DNA from: Asterias rubens
Lineage: Eukaryota
NCBI RefSeq assembly: GCF_902459465.1
Contig: NC_047067.1
Span: 15,190,001 to 15,254,000 of the forward strand
Length of the DNA: 64,000 nucleotides
Direction: 5' to 3'
This document shows, piece after piece, positions 59,521 through 64,000 of this stretch; position 1 is the stretch's first letter; each line of letters begins with the position of its first letter. Below the pieces are notes generated by a model. It did not search any database. It was not told the DNA's origin and was given only the letters and a program-made list of their open reading frames with translations. A program made the position numbers and the translations under genes.

Positions 59521-61861
59521 ACGTCGTACGTAGTCCGTACGTCAGGTATTCAAATCCACATAAAAATTATTATTAATAGTTTGTCAGTTGAGTAAGTTCA
59601 TGGATGGCGAATGGCGGATACCACCATGGAGCAACTCTATTGCTCCATGCTGACCCTTGGACAGTGACAGACTAACATGATATTGATATTGTGCATGAAT
59701 CCATGATTTGCATTTAATAGAGAATTGGGCCATCGGTGCTGAATCTTTCCCGAAGAATCTTCACTCACTTGCAATTATGCCCAGGTTTTTCACTTTCATT
59801 TGCTGCATCTCTACCTGTTCTCTTCTTAATCTTGGCCACTTACTTATGACTTGGGTTAGACCTATAATGAGGATAATTGAGGGCACGGGTTGTTGTGCTC
59901 CTAGAGCTGTATTTGTTCCGCTATTGACTCCATGGATATGGGAGTAAGCTCACTCAGCCCCACTGGTTGGAACTGGCCAACTATTTTCATGCAGGGCACA
60001 ATGACGATGCACTAGTGGTTGCGGCCTCAACCGAGGTCTCCGTCTCGGTCGTGGTCCTGGACTGACCTTTTCACACAAAGAGTTAAATCCTGCCGGGAGG
60101 TGGAGCCTTTACTTTCAGTAACAAAACAAAAGTCCAGCAATTTATGCAATTATGGATCATACAATCATCTTCCAGTACTCGCTAATCCACCAATCAGATG
60201 CTCGAACCGGAGTGTGATCATAAGCCATAACCTACTCCCAGTTTATAGGCCTATATTGCACTCTATGTATTGCGAGTGTCAATGCGTCACGCTCTGCATA
60301 CGGTCAGTGCAAAAATTACATTCTAAATTTTGCGCGTGCATTGTTTCTTAATGAGGTTGACTTGTATGAGGCTGAAAGATAAATTTGTTATCACAAGCAT
60401 GCTTGAGGAGTACGGAAAAATATAGTGCGTCTCACTGCGTCCCATATCCCAACAGCTTTCGGCCTTGCTTGATATGGGACGCAGAGGTTTTTTCCCCCGT
60501 ATTCCACTCGAGCTTGTGTGATAACTCATAGTAGAAACCACAGATTGACAGGGAAGTAGTGATGTATTGAGGATAAAGAACAATGTTACATTTTATTTTA
60601 CCCTACACTGGTGTGTGAAAAGCACTGTATGCTCAGCGCTTTCCCAAGTCCCACAAAAAAAACATGCATACACCCTGCAGGATTAACACGATGTGTTCAA
60701 GGCTGAGTGGCCTACCGTTACGAAATAGAATGACGACTCAAACATTCATTTGATGTCCTTTAAATAAGATTTATATTGTTGGTTTTACCTTTAACCGATG
60801 TGTGATTTATATATTTATAGCATTGTGCACCTGTGGAAGGATTTATAACCCAAAACACTCTGCATTCTGCAAATGTGTTAACCACCACTTGCGCACTCGA
60901 CCTGCCTGGGCCCTGTTTCATAAAGCATAAAGCATAAAAACTTGGTACGCACAGAAATATATTGCTTAGGAGAAACATGTTACCACCCTAAATACCATAC
61001 CGTTTATCATTGGTGCGACTGGAACCATACTTGAATATTATTTGCTAAGCAGAATTATCTACTTGACAGCTTTATAAAAGTGAGCCCTGGTGTTGAGAGG
61101 CTAGTTCAACTCCTATAATTTAAAGAAGATGACCGACAAAACAAATAAGTTTCATTTAAATATAATAATTTAGTCAGGATAAAGAGGATTTTAGAACAAT
61201 TAGGCCCTAAAAGGGAAAATACAGTACATCATTGGTAAATGGTTGATTTTTCAAGAAATTCATTTGGGACAAAAAACAAGGAGACCTTAGTCCTCCGAGG
61301 CTGACATTGTCTTAAAGAAAGCAAAACATCTCATCATAATTGCATGTAGTTTATAAATTGATTGATAGAGTCTGTACAGACCTAAGACTTCTTGCAGTAG
61401 GGCCTGTCGATAGCCATTCAAGCTTAGTTCAAGATAAGACAAAATTGAAATACCACTGTAATTTTCAGACGATAAGCCGCCGGGGCCCACTGTCTTGGCT
61501 CTGCTTACCACAAAATTTCTGCGCTAATGATTTCTGTTCTCTGCTTGCATATTTCTGCGCTATAGCTGTGTAAGCAAGGATGCCTAGTATCGTGCACAAG
61601 TCAAAATTCCCTGTTAACCTGTGAAGTACGCTTGACATAAGCGCAGAATTCTCTGCTTCCGCATGAGCCAATTATTTGCTTACGGTAAGCATAGCCATGA
61701 AATTTGGTCAAGTTTGTGACATTGGCCAAACATTTGATGTAGTATTTTGATTGATATTCTAGCGTGATTGTTATATTCCCAGGAACAACCAGAAGGCAGG
61801 AAACACACTGTAAGTCAACACAACCAGGAGTCTTGTTTGCTCTGGCAAATTAGTGGACACC

Positions 61862-62026
61862 ATGGCTGCGTTTGGTGAGGAGGACTGCATGACGAGTAGT
61901 CTGTATGACACAACGCAGGGTTCTCAGCCATTAAAACGTGTTGAGCCGTCCGTGCTCAAGTTCACCAAAATTGTCGTCCCAACAGATTTAGAGAGACTAC
62001 GGCAACACAAAGTCAACATTGTGAAG
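61862..62026 (+). CDS. STX17: Syntaxin-17, first coding exon (the gene continues beyond or later in the window)
   Basis: ACCATGG start. LKRVEPSVLKFTKIVVPTDLERLRQHKVNIVK closely matches the syntaxin-17 N-terminus as I recall it (LRRLEPAIQKFIKIVIPTDLERLRKHQINIEK). GTATTG donor in phase 0; candidate acceptor at 61781-61782. Confidence 0.85.
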
Positions 62027-63046
62027 GTATTGTGATTCTCATGTCAATATTATTCACTGCTTCAGACTATTTCTGGTATTGATAGAATTGGTTGTGGTTT
62101 TGTAACTTGTTTTGGGTAACTGAGTTTAGGAAAGAAACCAATATATCAAGTTATTGAGGAGTGATTTGATTCGTCTGCAAAGGACTGAAGGAAAATTAAA
62201 GGTGGGCGAAGAGAGACTGGTTGAAATGCTTACGTACGTTATTTGCTATAACCTTAATTTTGCTCAGCCCCCGGTGGTCTCATCCAAGACTTCTGGGAAG
62301 AGCTGAAGAGCTCGTACAAGTTCTTGTTAACGAAGTATGTTCTGCTTGTGTAGTGAAGTGATGCTATACAAAATCTTGGCCCGACCCCCTGAACCATTCA
62401 TTGTTTTTAGTTTTAGTAAATCCAATTTAAGTGCTCACTTGTGACCAATCAAACAAGACATTGTACTTAACTTTATTCCAAATCTTGCTTGCAAATTGCT
62501 TACATTCAAAACAGACCATCTCAGCGAGACACAGGAATACCTGGCAAACAATGTTCTTGTTGTAATAATATTTGCCTTTTGTTTTCTTTAGTTTCACAAA
62601 CAAAGAAACTGGGAGAAGCTTACCACAGAGCAAATTAATGCCCGGCAAACAGTTCAGGTAAATCAATTATTGACCAGCAGTTACTCTACTCTATTCCCTG
62701 GGAGCAACGTTGGGGATTAACGGCCGGCCCTTTCACACTTTGATTGCTTTACCCCTGATCTACCCTGGGTAATGGCAACCCCTGCTCTGGACTAGTGGTA
62801 AGCGATAAAACGCTGGGGTATTCTTAAAATGTGCAACCGGAACCATGTGGAATAGGGACACAGTGTGAAAGTCACCGGGTAACCAAGGGGTAAAAAAAAA
62901 AGTTTCCCTAGGGCTGTATCAAACAGGGATAACAAAGAACCAAAGGATGTAATGGTTTTATAAATGTTTTATAATAGCAAACTTATGCCTAGCAAACAGT
63001 TCAGGTAAACCTGTTATTGACCAGCAGTATGGTGTGTTTTATTTAA

Positions 63047-63590
63047 TAAGGGAATCAATGTGTGGTGAAGAGGATTTCAACTAGTGGTTTAATCCCAATG
63101 AGGCCTGGTTCTTGATAATTTTACCAAGACGAAGTCATGAACCAGGCCTCGGCGGGTTTAAACCACTAGTTGAAAACTGATTCAACACACCTTGATTCCC
63201 ATTCATAAATACCTTTTCAGTCAAAAAAAATCAACACTTTTGGTAAAAAAAATAAAATAAATGCAAAAATTATAATTGTTCAATGATTTCTTTCAACACA
63301 ACACCCCTCAAGCTATGAAATGGTAAGGCCCTCCGCCGCCCTCGGGTAAACAACTCCTTATAAGGGAATGCTGTGGGCGTCGCGCGTATCGCGTGATGTG
63401 GCACAACTGTCCAGCCGTTGCTCTTGACCAATAGGAATGAAGAAACGGTCTTATAAGAACAGGTGCAAGCAGGCATGTCACGCCCATGTTTCAACAATTT
63501 TTACCGGTGTTTTTACACACACCCATGTGACGCGCTCTCCACCAATAGGAATAGCGAAAATGTCCGAGGTATTTATGGATGGCAAATTAA
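63047..63590 (+). mobile_element. Dispersed repeat family E
   Basis: Colinear with 3044-3633 without the nested MITE. The 3' part matches the reverse complement of 24825-24880. Confidence 0.7.
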
Positions 63591-63660
63591 TGCCCAGCAA
63601 ACTGTCCAGGTAAATCCATTATTGACCAGCAGTTCCTCTGATTCATTTTTATAATGACTG

Positions 63661-63793
63661 AGGAAGGTAACCTGTATTTAAGGGATAACTTGAATACTAT
63701 ATATCATGGTTGAAGCAAGGCTATTTAGGAAGGTAACCTGTATTTAAGGGATAACTTGAATACTATATATCATGGTTCAAGCAAGGCTATTTA
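63661..63793. repeat. 66-bp tandem duplication
   Basis: AGGAAGGTAACCTGTATTTAAGGGATAACTTGAATACTATATATCATGGTT.AAGCAAGGCTATTT x2, one mismatch. Confidence 0.95.
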
Positions 63794-64000
63794 TTGTGAC
63801 CTTATTTGGTCTTCAATATGTGGCATTGTGTCCTCACCCCCATTTTTTTCCCCTTTTCCTTGGATTCTCAAAAATATTTTGTAGTTTGTTTATTTGTTGT
63901 ATTTCTCTTGATTTTGCAAAAGGGTTAACACTTTTGTGTAATTTATCAACAGCAACTAAAAGCAAACATACGTGAGATGGAAAAGACAAGGAGCCTTATT

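Noticed and set aside
60435-60484. 14-bp perfect stem-loop as a possible ncRNA or terminator
   Set aside because: It resembles the hairpins found at repeat ends elsewhere in the window, and there is no independent evidence of an RNA gene.
62119-62335. Protein-like open stretches after the STX17 exon
   Set aside because: They do not resemble the next syntaxin-17 exon, and joining them needs an implausible 34-nt intron. Left unassigned.

Overview
This is AT-rich animal genomic DNA, most likely an invertebrate deuterostome such as a sea star; that assignment is inferred from gene and repeat style only. The window holds three gene systems. (1) 1.3-40.6 kb: a cluster of eight single-coding-exon rhodopsin-class GPCR loci with an NSxxY/NTxxY TM7, chemoreceptor-like. 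Five have open frames, one has a single nonsense codon, one has a 1-bp frameshift and one is a multiply lesioned pseudogene. Four loci lie in an ~8.2-kb head-to-tail duplication (25200-33372 / 33373-41568), which may be real or a haplotype artefact. (2) 43.8-55.6 kb: a four-exon gene missed by the ORF track, predicted to encode a 150-aa secreted protein (signal peptide + Kunitz + antistasin-like + an unrecognised 6-Cys module). (3) 61.9 kb: the first coding exon of syntaxin-17. Intergenic DNA is dense with TTAA-flanked Kolobok-type MITEs, Harbinger-like MITEs, tRNA-derived SINEs and LINE 3' fragments, plus a 4.1-kb element with perfect 147-bp TIRs and a 9-bp TSD. There is a 143-N gap at 8235-8377. 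I found no rRNA, intact tRNA or CRISPR array. All comparisons were made by eye; family assignments need HMM/BLAST confirmation, and repeat boundaries are approximate unless TSDs are quoted.
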